Source: Thermoplasmata archaeon (GTDB lineage: Archaea > Thermoplasmatota > Thermoplasmata > Lutacidiplasmatales > UBA184). From it: 64,000 nucleotides of DNA. Location: positions 252,739-316,738 of the forward strand of contig JAKAWX010000001.1 in NCBI GenBank assembly GCA_021816865.1. The letters are read 5' to 3'. Within the stretch, counting starts at the first letter, position 1. The number at the start of each line of letters is the position of its first letter. Under the pieces are notes generated by a model, which was given only the letters and a program-made list of their open reading frames with translations, was not told where the DNA came from and searched no databases. Position numbers and translations under genes: made by a program. Below are positions 8,972 through 17,618 of this stretch, piece after piece.

Positions 8972-10486
8972 CTACCAGACCATCCTCCCGCGCCGCGCGA
9001 GAGGGAGCTCCCGCGGCGAGCGGCGTCGGACGATCCGCCACCCCTGGCGGACGGCGTCGATCCGGCCGGCTCGGTCGCGCACGAACGGCACCCAGGCGCT
9101 TCGGCCTCCGCGCCGGAGGACGAACCCGTCGCCCCCGTGCGGACGGAGCTTGAGTCCCTTCGCGGTGACCTCGATGCCCTGAAAGTCGAACCGCAGGTGC
9201 CCGCGCCGCGGGGTCACGCGGACCCAGATCCCCTCGCCCGAGCAGTACCACCCCGCGTACTCGGCGAGCGAGGCGGGTCGAGGGCCCGCGGGGGGAAGGT
9301 CGACGAACCGCGCGGTGCGGGGCAGTCCGAGGAGGCCGGTGATCCCCTCCTGGAGGACGCGGTCGACCGGGGCCATGTCGGAGTTCGCGAGGACGCAGCC
9401 GCCGACCTTCGCGTCGGGGAGCACCGCGAACTGCGAGGAAACGCCCTTCAATCCGCCGTCGTGGAACGCGAGCCGGTGCCCGTGGAAGTCCGGCCGCACG
9501 GCGATCCCGTAGCCGTAGGAGAGCCCCGGGGAGATCTCGACCCGCGGCGTCAGCATCGCCGCGACGCTCTTCGCGCTCACGATCCGCTCGCCGCCGACGC
9601 GGCCGCCGTCCAGGTAGATCTCGAGGTACCGCAGGAGGTCCTCCACGTTCGTGCGGATCGCGCCCGCGGCACGCAGGCAAGTGTCCTCCCACCACTCGTC
9701 GGACGCGACGAGCGGCCGGCCCGGATGCGTCCAGTCCGGCGAGTAGAGCTTCGTCACCTCGGGCGAGCGGAACATGATGCCGGTGTCGAACGTCGTGTGG
9801 GAGAACCCGGCGGGACGGAAGAGCTCCTCCTCGAGGAAGCTCTCGTACGTCCGACCGCTCGCGCGCTCGACGACCGCCCCGAGGAGCCCGAACCCCTCGT
9901 TCGAGTAGCTGAACTGCGCCCCGGGAGGCCCGAGCCAGCGGTACCGCTCGGTGCCGAGGTAGTCGAGCAGCCCCTCGTAGGTGTCGATCGGTGCGTGGTC
10001 GGGGTCGACCCCGACGCGCCGGGCGACGCGCGGGTCGTACGGGGGGTCGCGCCGGAGGCTGCGCGCCGAGGTGTAGTAGATCGACGGCAGCGGAGGCAGG
10101 CCCGACGCTTGGCTCAGAAGGTGCCCGAGCGTGACCTTGCCCGTCCACCTCGGCGCGGGGGTACGGAACTCGGGAAGGTGTCGGACGAGCGGGTCGTCGA
10201 TCCGCAGCGACCCCTCCTCCTCCAGTCGGAGGATCGCGAGCGCGGTGAACGACTTCGTCATCGAGGCGATCCCGTACACCGTTCGCTCGCTCGCCGGGAG
10301 CTTCGCCTCGCGGTCGCGGTAGCCGTATCCCCGGGCCAGGACGCGACGGCCGTTGCGCACGAGCCCGAGCGAAAGGCCGGGCACCCGCGCGCGACGCAGA
10401 AGGCCCGCTACGAAACCGTCGAGGGCCGCGGCGCGCGGGGACAGGGGTCGGGCGGGCAACCGGGCTCCGAGGCCCTGTGCGCCCAT
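8972..10486 (-). CDS. Serine hydrolase, beta-lactamase/AmpC-like family
   Basis: SMTK, YSN and HDGG motifs. Confidence 0.9.
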   Translation of the reverse strand: MGAQGLGARLPARPLSPRAAALDGFVAGLLRRARVPGLSLGLVRNGRRVLARGYGYRDREAKLPASERTVYGIASMTKSFTALAILRLEEEGSLRIDDPLVRHLPEFRTPAPRWTGKVTLGHLLSQASGLPPLPSIYYTSARSLRRDPPYDPRVARRVGVDPDHAPIDTYEGLLDYLGTERYRWLGPPGAQFSYSNEGFGLLGAVVERASGRTYESFLEEELFRPAGFSHTTFDTGIMFRSPEVTKLYSPDWTHPGRPLVASDEWWEDTCLRAAGAIRTNVEDLLRYLEIYLDGGRVGGERIVSAKSVAAMLTPRVEISPGLSYGYGIAVRPDFHGHRLAFHDGGLKGVSSQFAVLPDAKVGGCVLANSDMAPVDRVLQEGITGLLGLPRTARFVDLPPAGPRPASLAEYAGWYCSGEGIWVRVTPRRGHLRFDFQGIEVTAKGLKLRPHGGDGFVLRRGGRSAWVPFVRDRAGRIDAVRQGWRIVRRRSPRELPLARRGRMVW

Positions 10487-10523
10487 AACGTTACGAACCC
10501 CCCGCGGCCCCTAGTGCCGCCCG

Positions 10524-11732
10524 ATGGACGTAGCGTACTTCACCGACTCCTACCTCCCCACCCGCGACGGGGTCGCGACGATGACGAGCGGCCTCGCCCG
10601 CACGATGGCCCGCCTCGGGCACCGGGTCCAGGTCTTCGCGCCGAGCCCCGTCGCCGGCGCGCCGAGCGAGGAGGTGACCGGGGACGGGGTGTCGGTGCAC
10701 CGGGTACGGTCGGTCCCGGTCCCGCTCTACGGACAGTACCGGTGGCCGATCTTCCCGTTCGGTCTGTTGCGCGAGGCGAAGGGAGTGGGGGACGCGGACA
10801 TCCTCCACCTTCACACCCCCGGCCCCCTCGGGAGCATGGCGTTTCTCGCCTCCCGTCGGTTCGGCCGGCCGCTCGTCGGCACGTTCCACACGAACATCCG
10901 CGAGATGCGGGACGCGGTCCCGCAGAAGTTCCTCGTCCCATTGTTCTTCCGCGTCGCGTGGTGGTACAACCTCGGGACGTACTGGCGGTGCGACGTCACG
11001 ACCACCCCTTCCGCCGCGGCCCGGGACGCCCTCGTGGGCTCCGTGCGCAAGCCGTTCCGCCGCGCGGTCGAGATCGTGCCGAACGGGATCGACGCGGAGC
11101 GGTTCACGCCGGGAAGCCGCGTGCCGGACTGGCGCATCCGCTGCGGACTGCCGAACGTCCCGCTTGTCACCTACCTCGGCCGCCTCACGGTCGACAAGGG
11201 CGTCCACCGATTCCTCGACGCGGTCCGCACCGCGGGGGAGACCACGGACCTCGTCGGCATCGTTGGGGGAACGGGGCCCGAAGAAGGGGCACTGCTCGAG
11301 CGACTGGAGCGCGATCCCTGGCTCGCCGACCACGTCCGGTACGTCGGCCCGGTCGCGGAAGAGGAGAAGGCGGCCCTCCTCGCTCAGACGGACCTTTTCG
11401 TCCTCCCGTCGACGAGCGACACCTCGAGCGTCGCCCTCCTCGAAGCGATGTCGTGCGGCGCGATGGTCGTCGCGCCCGCGAGCGGGGGGCCCGCCGAGAT
11501 CGTCGCCGACGGCGTCACGGGCCGGCGGGTGCCGATGCTCGAGCCCGGCGCGCTCGCCGCGACCCTGGTCGACCTCGTCGATCGGCCGGCCGAGCGGCGC
11601 GCGGTCGGCCTCCGCGCGGCCGCGTTCGTCCGGCGGAACGCGTCGCTCGAGACGATGGCCCGGCAGTTTATCTCTCTCTACTCGCTGCTCGACGCGGGGA
11701 GGGCTCGCTCTGGCGAACGTCCCGCTCGCTGA
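10524..11732 (+). CDS. Glycosyltransferase family 4
   Basis: FTDSYLP, PNGID, GRLTVDKG and LLEAMSCG. Confidence 0.9.
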   Translation: MDVAYFTDSYLPTRDGVATMTSGLARTMARLGHRVQVFAPSPVAGAPSEEVTGDGVSVHRVRSVPVPLYGQYRWPIFPFGLLREAKGVGDADILHLHTPGPLGSMAFLASRRFGRPLVGTFHTNIREMRDAVPQKFLVPLFFRVAWWYNLGTYWRCDVTTTPSAAARDALVGSVRKPFRRAVEIVPNGIDAERFTPGSRVPDWRIRCGLPNVPLVTYLGRLTVDKGVHRFLDAVRTAGETTDLVGIVGGTGPEEGALLERLERDPWLADHVRYVGPVAEEEKAALLAQTDLFVLPSTSDTSSVALLEAMSCGAMVVAPASGGPAEIVADGVTGRRVPMLEPGALAATLVDLVDRPAERRAVGLRAAAFVRRNASLETMARQFISLYSLLDAGRARSGERPAR

Positions 11733-12774
11733 CCTGAACGGACTCGCGGTCCGGTTCGCGGGCGACCGGCATGACGCGTTCTCCGCCCGCGCGCTTGCCC
11801 GGGCCTACGAGGAGTACGTGGGCCGTCGCCGTACCGTGCTCGCTCCCGTCGAGCTCTCGATGGACGGACGGTCGTTCCCTCACTTCTACGCGCTGCTCGC
11901 CGACGCGCCCGAGCCGTTCGGCGAAGCGGAGATCCGGCTCGACCCGCCCGCCCCGGCCGGCCCCGCGTGGGAGTTTCTCCGACCGTTCGAGCGGGTCGTG
12001 CTGCGACCCGACGGTTCGGCGGAGGTGTGGCCGGGGCCCGACGCGGCTCCCGTGCGGGCGATCGCCCGACTTCTCTTGCGCGAGCACTACTTGGCGCGCT
12101 CCCGGGCCGAGGAGGATCGAGCGGCTTCCGGCGGGTCGCGCGTCGAGCTCGGGGGGTACGTCGGCACGCTCGGACAGAGCCTGTCGGCCTGCCGCCAGCG
12201 CTCGCTGCTCCCGTTCGCCGTGGCGGTCCTTCTCTACTTCCCCGACGAGCGGGTCCGCTACGAAGTGGACCTGGTCCGTTCGGCGCTCCTCACCGACCCG
12301 AGGGCCGGCCGGCTCTCGCCGGCGCGGCGGGCGCGACGCACCGCCCGCGTGGGATGGGGGGTGGACCGCGTGGTCGGGCGCGGAGACCTTTCGCTCTTTG
12401 CCGCCCGCTGCCTCGAGGTCCTCGTCGAGACTCCGGGCCTGACCGCGATCGAGCTCGGGCACATCTTTGGCGGGGTACGGGAGCTCGTCGACTCTGCCGT
12501 GCAGGGACTGGTCGCCCGCCAGCTCGTGACGTTCGACCACCGCACGGGGAGTTATCGGCCCCGCCTCGACGCGTTCCTCCCATCGACCGGGGCCTCGAGA
12601 ACGTCGACACCCGGCGAACTCGCCGCCGCCAACCCCGCCCTGCGCACGAGCGTCCAGGAGCTCATCGCCGCCGCCGATGCGCGCGCGACGTGCCCGCTCT
12701 GCGGGGCGGCGCTGCCCCCCGGCCCCCGGGGCATCCTCTGCGAGCGCTGCTCCGCTGAGGTGGCGGCCGGGTAG
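11710..12774 (+). CDS. Hypothetical protein with a winged-helix-like segment and a C-terminal Zn ribbon
   Basis: PGLTAIELGHIFG...VQGLVARQLV, then CPLC...CERC; start uncertain (CTG 11710, GTG 11818 or ATG 11860). Confidence 0.65.
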   Translation: MANVPLADLNGLAVRFAGDRHDAFSARALARAYEEYVGRRRTVLAPVELSMDGRSFPHFYALLADAPEPFGEAEIRLDPPAPAGPAWEFLRPFERVVLRPDGSAEVWPGPDAAPVRAIARLLLREHYLARSRAEEDRAASGGSRVELGGYVGTLGQSLSACRQRSLLPFAVAVLLYFPDERVRYEVDLVRSALLTDPRAGRLSPARRARRTARVGWGVDRVVGRGDLSLFAARCLEVLVETPGLTAIELGHIFGGVRELVDSAVQGLVARQLVTFDHRTGSYRPRLDAFLPSTGASRTSTPGELAAANPALRTSVQELIAAADARATCPLCGAALPPGPRGILCERCSAEVAAG

Positions 12775-12794
12775 CCGTCCCCGTGAGTCGGGGG

Positions 12795-12901
12795 CGGGCC
12801 TGTCGGGAATCTCCGCCCGGGGCGTCAAGCGCCCCGAGCCTTTGAACCCGAGTTCGCTGGCTTAGAAGGCCAGTGCTTTGTCCAAGCTAAGCTACAGGCC
12901 C
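12795..12901 (-). tRNA. tRNA-Arg(TCT) with a 32-nt intron at 59/60 (12840-12809)
   Basis: On the minus strand: acceptor GGGCCTG/CAGGCCC with G73; D stem GCTT/AAGC; anticodon arm CTGGC-CTTCTAA-GCCAG; T stem TCGGG/CCCGA with TTCAAA|T split by a hairpin insert. Confidence 0.92.
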
Positions 12902-13522
12902 GTTTTCCGGACGGCGGGCGCCCTCCTTAAGGGTTCGGTCGGCGGGCGTCGGAGGGGTCCGGCCGGCCGAAGCCACCAGGTGGGCGAGGCGGAGCGGCTC
13001 GGGCCAGTACCCGCGCACGGCCGTCCTCGCGACGAGCCGGGCCGCATCGGCCCGGCGGCACCCGACCGCGGCGGCGAAGAGCGGTTGGCCCGCGGTCGGC
13101 ACGCGGAAGAGGCGATGGGCGGTCAAAAGGCGCATGCGGTCCGCCGCGTCGCGGGGGAACCACTTCTCGAGCGCGCCGCGGATGCGGCGAAGGTCGGGCG
13201 GGCGACGGGTCACGGCGACCACCGGCAGCCGCAGCGACCGATGAATCGCGTCGAGGTCGAGCACGTTGAACCCGCCCAGGACCGCCCCGTCGAGGAGGAG
13301 CGCGCGAAGACCGTCGAGCGGACCGGTCGCACGGACCAGGGCGATCGTGCGGCGGGTCGCGTCGCGGCCGTCGACCCGGACCCGCCCGGTCCGGATCGCC
13401 TCGACGTACTGGGGCACCGAGACGACGACCGCCGCGATCGGCGCGGCGGAGTCGTCGCGGGAGAACGCCCCGTCGTCGACCGCGACCACGCGCGGATGGG
13501 GCTTCGAGAGCGACCGCCTCAA
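12887..13522 (-). CDS. DUF99 family (endonuclease V-like) protein
   Basis: VAVDDGAF, VDGRDAT, LLDGAVLGGFNVLD and PEPLRLAHL; TTG start inferred. Confidence 0.82.
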   Translation of the reverse strand: MRRSLSKPHPRVVAVDDGAFSRDDSAAPIAAVVVSVPQYVEAIRTGRVRVDGRDATRRTIALVRATGPLDGLRALLLDGAVLGGFNVLDLDAIHRSLRLPVVAVTRRPPDLRRIRGALEKWFPRDAADRMRLLTAHRLFRVPTAGQPLFAAAVGCRRADAARLVARTAVRGYWPEPLRLAHLVASAGRTPPTPADRTLKEGARRPENGPVA

Positions 13523-13555
13523 CGCTAAGACCTCGGACGCGGTCGAGGCGACCCG

Positions 13556-14479
13556 ATGGCCCCGACCACGGTGGCGCGACGCTGTCCGACGTGCGGCGGG
13601 GACCTCACGGTCGCGCTCGCCGACGCTCCCCCGACCCAGTGGTTTCCGTGCCCGCACTGCCGGACCCCCGTGGCGGTCGTGGTGCCGAGGGACCCGCCGC
13701 CGCTCTACAGCTGGGAGGTCGTGCCGGGCCTTTACCCCGCGCTTCCGCTCCCCCGCCGCACCCGCTGGCGCGCCCGGCGCGCCGCGGCGATCGCGCTCAT
13801 CGCCGTCGTCGTGCTCGCGCTCGGGTTCGCTTCGATCTTCGCCTACTACGGCGTCGCGGCGGGTGAACCCGGTGCCTTCCCCGTGAACGGGATCGTCGAA
13901 CGGTCGGTCGGCGGCGTCACCGGGCCGGCCGCCGGGGCGACCGTCCTCCTGACCGAGGAAGGCGGCGCGCGGGTTTCCGCGGTCACCCTCGCGGACGGGG
14001 CGTTCGCGTTCGCGGGCGTCCCGGTCGGCAGCGTCTCGTTGAACGTCTCCCTGCCCGGCTTCGCGCCCGTGATGATCTCCACCTTCGTCTCGGCGGTCTA
14101 CGATGCCGGGACGACCGGCCTCGAGGTGGTCCTCGCCCCGGGCGCTTCGGGCAACGCCACCACCGTGAGCCTCTCGCCGTTCTCCAGCCTCGAGGGATTC
14201 CTCGCCTCGATCGGCGCGGCGGTCGTCCTCTTCGTCCTGGTCGCCGGGGTCGCCGCGGCCGCCGCGGTCGGCACCGTGCGGGCCGACCGACCCCCGCTCG
14301 GGGTCGTCGGCGGAGGGGCCGGGCTTCTCGCTCCGGTCGTCGTCTACGTGCTCGCCCTCGGGTCCGCGTTCCCGCTCGTCACGAGCGCGACCGCGGCCGT
14401 GGCCGGCTTCGGCGCTTTCGCGCTCGCGCTGCGGACGGTCGAGCTCGCGCAAACGTCCCCGGCGCCCGGGCCCGAATAA
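13556..14479 (+). CDS. Membrane protein with an N-terminal Zn ribbon and a carboxypeptidase-regulatory-like domain
   Basis: CPTC...CPHC, one TM, TLADGAFAFAGVPVGSVSLNVSLPGF, then three C-terminal TMs. Confidence 0.75.
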   Translation: MAPTTVARRCPTCGGDLTVALADAPPTQWFPCPHCRTPVAVVVPRDPPPLYSWEVVPGLYPALPLPRRTRWRARRAAAIALIAVVVLALGFASIFAYYGVAAGEPGAFPVNGIVERSVGGVTGPAAGATVLLTEEGGARVSAVTLADGAFAFAGVPVGSVSLNVSLPGFAPVMISTFVSAVYDAGTTGLEVVLAPGASGNATTVSLSPFSSLEGFLASIGAAVVLFVLVAGVAAAAAVGTVRADRPPLGVVGGGAGLLAPVVVYVLALGSAFPLVTSATAAVAGFGAFALALRTVELAQTSPAPGPE

Positions 14480-14496
14480 GGCGGTACGCGCCGCGG

Positions 14497-14991
14497 CTAC
14501 GGCCGGGATCGTGGCGACGGGGGCGACCGGGGCGTCTCGGGGATCGGGCGTCGATCCTTGTAGCTGCCCGTGACGGGGTGATAGAACTCGACGCGGGGTT
14601 CGCCCCGCTGCCAGCAGAAGAATACCACATCCCCTTCCAGTTCGCCGTAGAAGTCGACCGTGCCGCTCTCGAGGTCCTTCACTTCGATCCCCTCCGTGCG
14701 CAGCGCGGTCACCGCCTCCTCGAGCCGACGCGAGAGGTTGCCCCACTCGGCGTCGAGTCGGGCCTTGAGCTCGTGGTCGACGTGGTCCGCGGCGTCCACG
14801 TTCGCGCCCCAGAACGCGGCGAGGCGTTCGAGCTCCTGGTGGACCTCCCCGAGCCGCACCACCCAGCCCTTGAGCCGGGGCAACAGGTCGCTCAGCTCCC
14901 CGATGCGTCGGCCGGCGTCCTCGGCGGTCCAGAGGCGCGGGGGGTCGACCCGTTGGGTGTCCTTCGGTCGCACGGCCCGGTCCATGACCAT
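14497..14991 (-). CDS. DUF2203 family protein
   Basis: GIEVKDLESGTVDF and FCWQRGEPRVEFYH; start approximate. Confidence 0.8.
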   Translation of the reverse strand: MVMDRAVRPKDTQRVDPPRLWTAEDAGRRIGELSDLLPRLKGWVVRLGEVHQELERLAAFWGANVDAADHVDHELKARLDAEWGNLSRRLEEAVTALRTEGIEVKDLESGTVDFYGELEGDVVFFCWQRGEPRVEFYHPVTGSYKDRRPIPETPRSPPSPRSRP

Positions 14992-15117
14992 GGGAAGCAT
15001 GACCGGCCCCCTATTTACGCCCGCGATGGGCCGAAGGTAACCACGGAATGCCAAAGCCAAGCGGCGACCCGCGATGCCCGGAACGGTCCCCCGAGCGGCC
15101 CGGTACCGACCGGGCCC

Positions 15118-16311
15118 CTAGATCACGCGGAGCTCCCGGCCGGCCTTCGCGAAGGCGGAGATCGCGAACGTGACGTCGTCGTCCGTGAGCGCGGCGTTCA
15201 TGATCGTCCTCAATCGGGCCTTCTCCTTGGCGACCATCGGGTAGACGATCGGCAAGGCGAAGAGCCCAAGATCGAAGAGCCGGTCGCTGAGCGCCTTCGC
15301 GCGGTGGCTATCGCCCACCATCACGGGCGTGATCGGGGTCTCGCTCGCACCAAGGTCGAACCCGAGCGCCCGCATCTCCTTCTTGAACCGGCGCGTGAGC
15401 TCCCACAGTCGCTCGACGTGCTGTCCTTCGGTTTCGAGGAGCTCGACCGCGGCGAGGCACGCCGCCGCGACCGGCGGGGGATGCGAGCCGCTCAGGAGCC
15501 AGGTCCGCGACTTGTTGTAGGCAAAATCGATCAGCGCCCGCGATCCCGAGATGTGGCCACCGACGACCCCGAACGCCTTCGAGAACGTGCCCATCTCGAC
15601 ATGCACCTGGTCGCGCGAGAGGCCGAAATGGGCCACGATCCCCCGGCCCCCGGGGCCGAGGACCCCCTCGCCGTGGGCGTCGTCGACGTAGACCATCGCG
15701 CCGTGCCGCCCGGCCGCGTCGGCGATCCGGTCGAGCGGGGCGATGTCGCCGTCCATGGAGAAGACCCCGTCGGTGATCACGAGGATCCGGCGCGGGGCGG
15801 GCGTCCGCTCCTCCGCCGCCGAGAGCACGCGCTCGAGGTCCGCGACGTCGGTGTGCCGGTAGACCGTCCGATCGGCGCGGGACAGACGCGTGCCGTCGAT
15901 GATGCTGCCGTGGTTGAGCTCGTCGCTGACGATCAGGTCCCCCTCCCCCACGAGCTGGGGGATGAGGCCGGCGTTCGTCGCGAATCCGCTCTGGTAGACG
16001 AGCGACGCTTCGGCCCGCTTGAACGCCGCGAGGCGTCGCTCGAGCTCGACATGGAGGTCCATGTTCCCCGCGATCGGACGGACCGACCCCGACCCGACGC
16101 CGTGGGTCCGGATCGCGTCGAGCGCCGCCTCCTTGAGACGCGGGTGGTTCGATAGCCCGAGGTAGTTGTTGGAGCAGAACATGAGGACCTTCTTGCCGTC
16201 GACCGTGCACCAAGGGGCGCTCGGTCCCGATAGGACGCGGAGCTTCCAGTCGGTCGCGCTGTCGACGAGCGACCGGTACTCGGTTGTGAGGAATCCGGTC
16301 GGGTCGCGCAT
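15118..16311 (-). CDS. kbl: Glycine C-acetyltransferase (2-amino-3-ketobutyrate CoA ligase)
   Basis: SNNYLGL, NHGSIIDG, DGVFSMDGD, DDAHG and TFSKAFG; adjacent to tdh. Confidence 0.85.
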   Translation of the reverse strand: MRDPTGFLTTEYRSLVDSATDWKLRVLSGPSAPWCTVDGKKVLMFCSNNYLGLSNHPRLKEAALDAIRTHGVGSGSVRPIAGNMDLHVELERRLAAFKRAEASLVYQSGFATNAGLIPQLVGEGDLIVSDELNHGSIIDGTRLSRADRTVYRHTDVADLERVLSAAEERTPAPRRILVITDGVFSMDGDIAPLDRIADAAGRHGAMVYVDDAHGEGVLGPGGRGIVAHFGLSRDQVHVEMGTFSKAFGVVGGHISGSRALIDFAYNKSRTWLLSGSHPPPVAAACLAAVELLETEGQHVERLWELTRRFKKEMRALGFDLGASETPITPVMVGDSHRAKALSDRLFDLGLFALPIVYPMVAKEKARLRTIMNAALTDDDVTFAISAFAKAGRELRVI

Positions 16312-16312
16312 C

Positions 16313-17374
16313 TTACCACCTCGGTTCGAGCGAGACCTTCGCGGCCTGCTGGCTCTGGATGAGCTCCATCGCGCGGGGGAGCTCGGCGATCGGGACCCGA
16401 TGCGTGATGATCTGCGCCATCTTGGCCCGGAGGTCGGGCCGGGTCAGGAGCCCTTTCACCTGGTACCAGGTCTCGAACATCCGCCGGCCGAAGATCCCCT
16501 GGACCTTGGCGGCCTTGAAGATGACCGCGTCATCGAAGTTGATCGCGGTCGGCCGGTCGAAGAGTCCGAGAAGCGAGACGCGGCCCCCGGGCGTCAGCGC
16601 GTCGAAGAGGAGCTGGAGGGACGTCGGATGGCCCGACATTTCGACCGCGACGTCGACCCCGTTCCCGTCGGTCTCGTCGACGATCGTCTTCGCGAGCCCG
16701 GGGCCGTCCTCCACCGGATTGAAGACGCGGTCGGCGCCCATTTGGCGCGCGAGGGCGATCCGGACCGGGCTCACCTCCGTCGCGAAGATCCGATGCGCGC
16801 CCAGGACGCGCGCGACCGCGATCGCGAGCAGGCCGACCGGACCGCACCCGGTGACGAGGACGTTCTTTCCCGCCAGGTCTTCGAGGTTCTCCTCCGGGAG
16901 CAGGGAGTGGACCGCGTTGCCGAGCGGCTCCTGGATCGACGCGAGCGACGGGTCGAGGTCGGGGTCGTTCTTCCACGCGTTCATCTCCGGAAGGATCGCG
17001 TACTCGGCGAAGACCCCGTTGCGGTCGACCCCCAGGACCTCGACGTGCTCGCAGATGTGCATCTTGCCTCGCCGGCACTGGTAGCAGGTGCCGTCGGCGA
17101 TGTGGGTCTCCGCGGAGACGTGATCCCCCACCGCGACGCTCCGGACGGACCGACCCACCTTCAGGACCTCGCCGCTCACCTCGTGTCCGATCGTCATCGG
17201 GACCGTGCGGATGCGGGATTGGGCCCATTCGTTCCACAGCCAGATATGCACGTCCGTGCCGCAGACGGAGGCCGCCCGGACGCGGACGAGCACTTCGTTC
17301 TCGCCCGGCGTCGGGTCGGGGACGCTCCGAATCTCGCCGCCCGGCCCCCGCGTCGCCTTCACGTATGCCTTCAC
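16313..17374 (-). CDS. tdh: L-threonine 3-dehydrogenase
   Basis: CGTDVHIW, GHE, SAETH and GRRMFETWY; GTG start. Confidence 0.9.
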   Translation of the reverse strand: MKAYVKATRGPGGEIRSVPDPTPGENEVLVRVRAASVCGTDVHIWLWNEWAQSRIRTVPMTIGHEVSGEVLKVGRSVRSVAVGDHVSAETHIADGTCYQCRRGKMHICEHVEVLGVDRNGVFAEYAILPEMNAWKNDPDLDPSLASIQEPLGNAVHSLLPEENLEDLAGKNVLVTGCGPVGLLAIAVARVLGAHRIFATEVSPVRIALARQMGADRVFNPVEDGPGLAKTIVDETDGNGVDVAVEMSGHPTSLQLLFDALTPGGRVSLLGLFDRPTAINFDDAVIFKAAKVQGIFGRRMFETWYQVKGLLTRPDLRAKMAQIITHRVPIAELPRAMELIQSQQAAKVSLEPRW

Positions 17375-17561
17375 GAGCGATGCGCCTCGGCCCGTCGAGG
17401 GGAAGGGGGGCATAAAGGTGCGGGCGTCATGGGACAGATGACCCCCGCCCGCGGACCAGGCTCTGCTCTACGCGCGCGTCCGAGACCGACGTGCGTTCGA
17501 TCGGATTCCTCGAGGGAAAACGAGGCCGGACGGAAGGCTCCGGCGGGTCGCGCGCGAGCGC

Positions 17562-17568
17562 TTATATA
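17562..17568 (+). promoter_or_regulatory. TATA box of the ribosomal protein cluster
   Basis: TTATATA about 50 nt before rpl3, with SD-like GGAGG in the leader. Confidence 0.7.
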
Positions 17569-17618
17569 GGGCACCCATCTCCCCCGTCCCCACCGGAGGT
17601 AGGACCCCCTATCGACCC

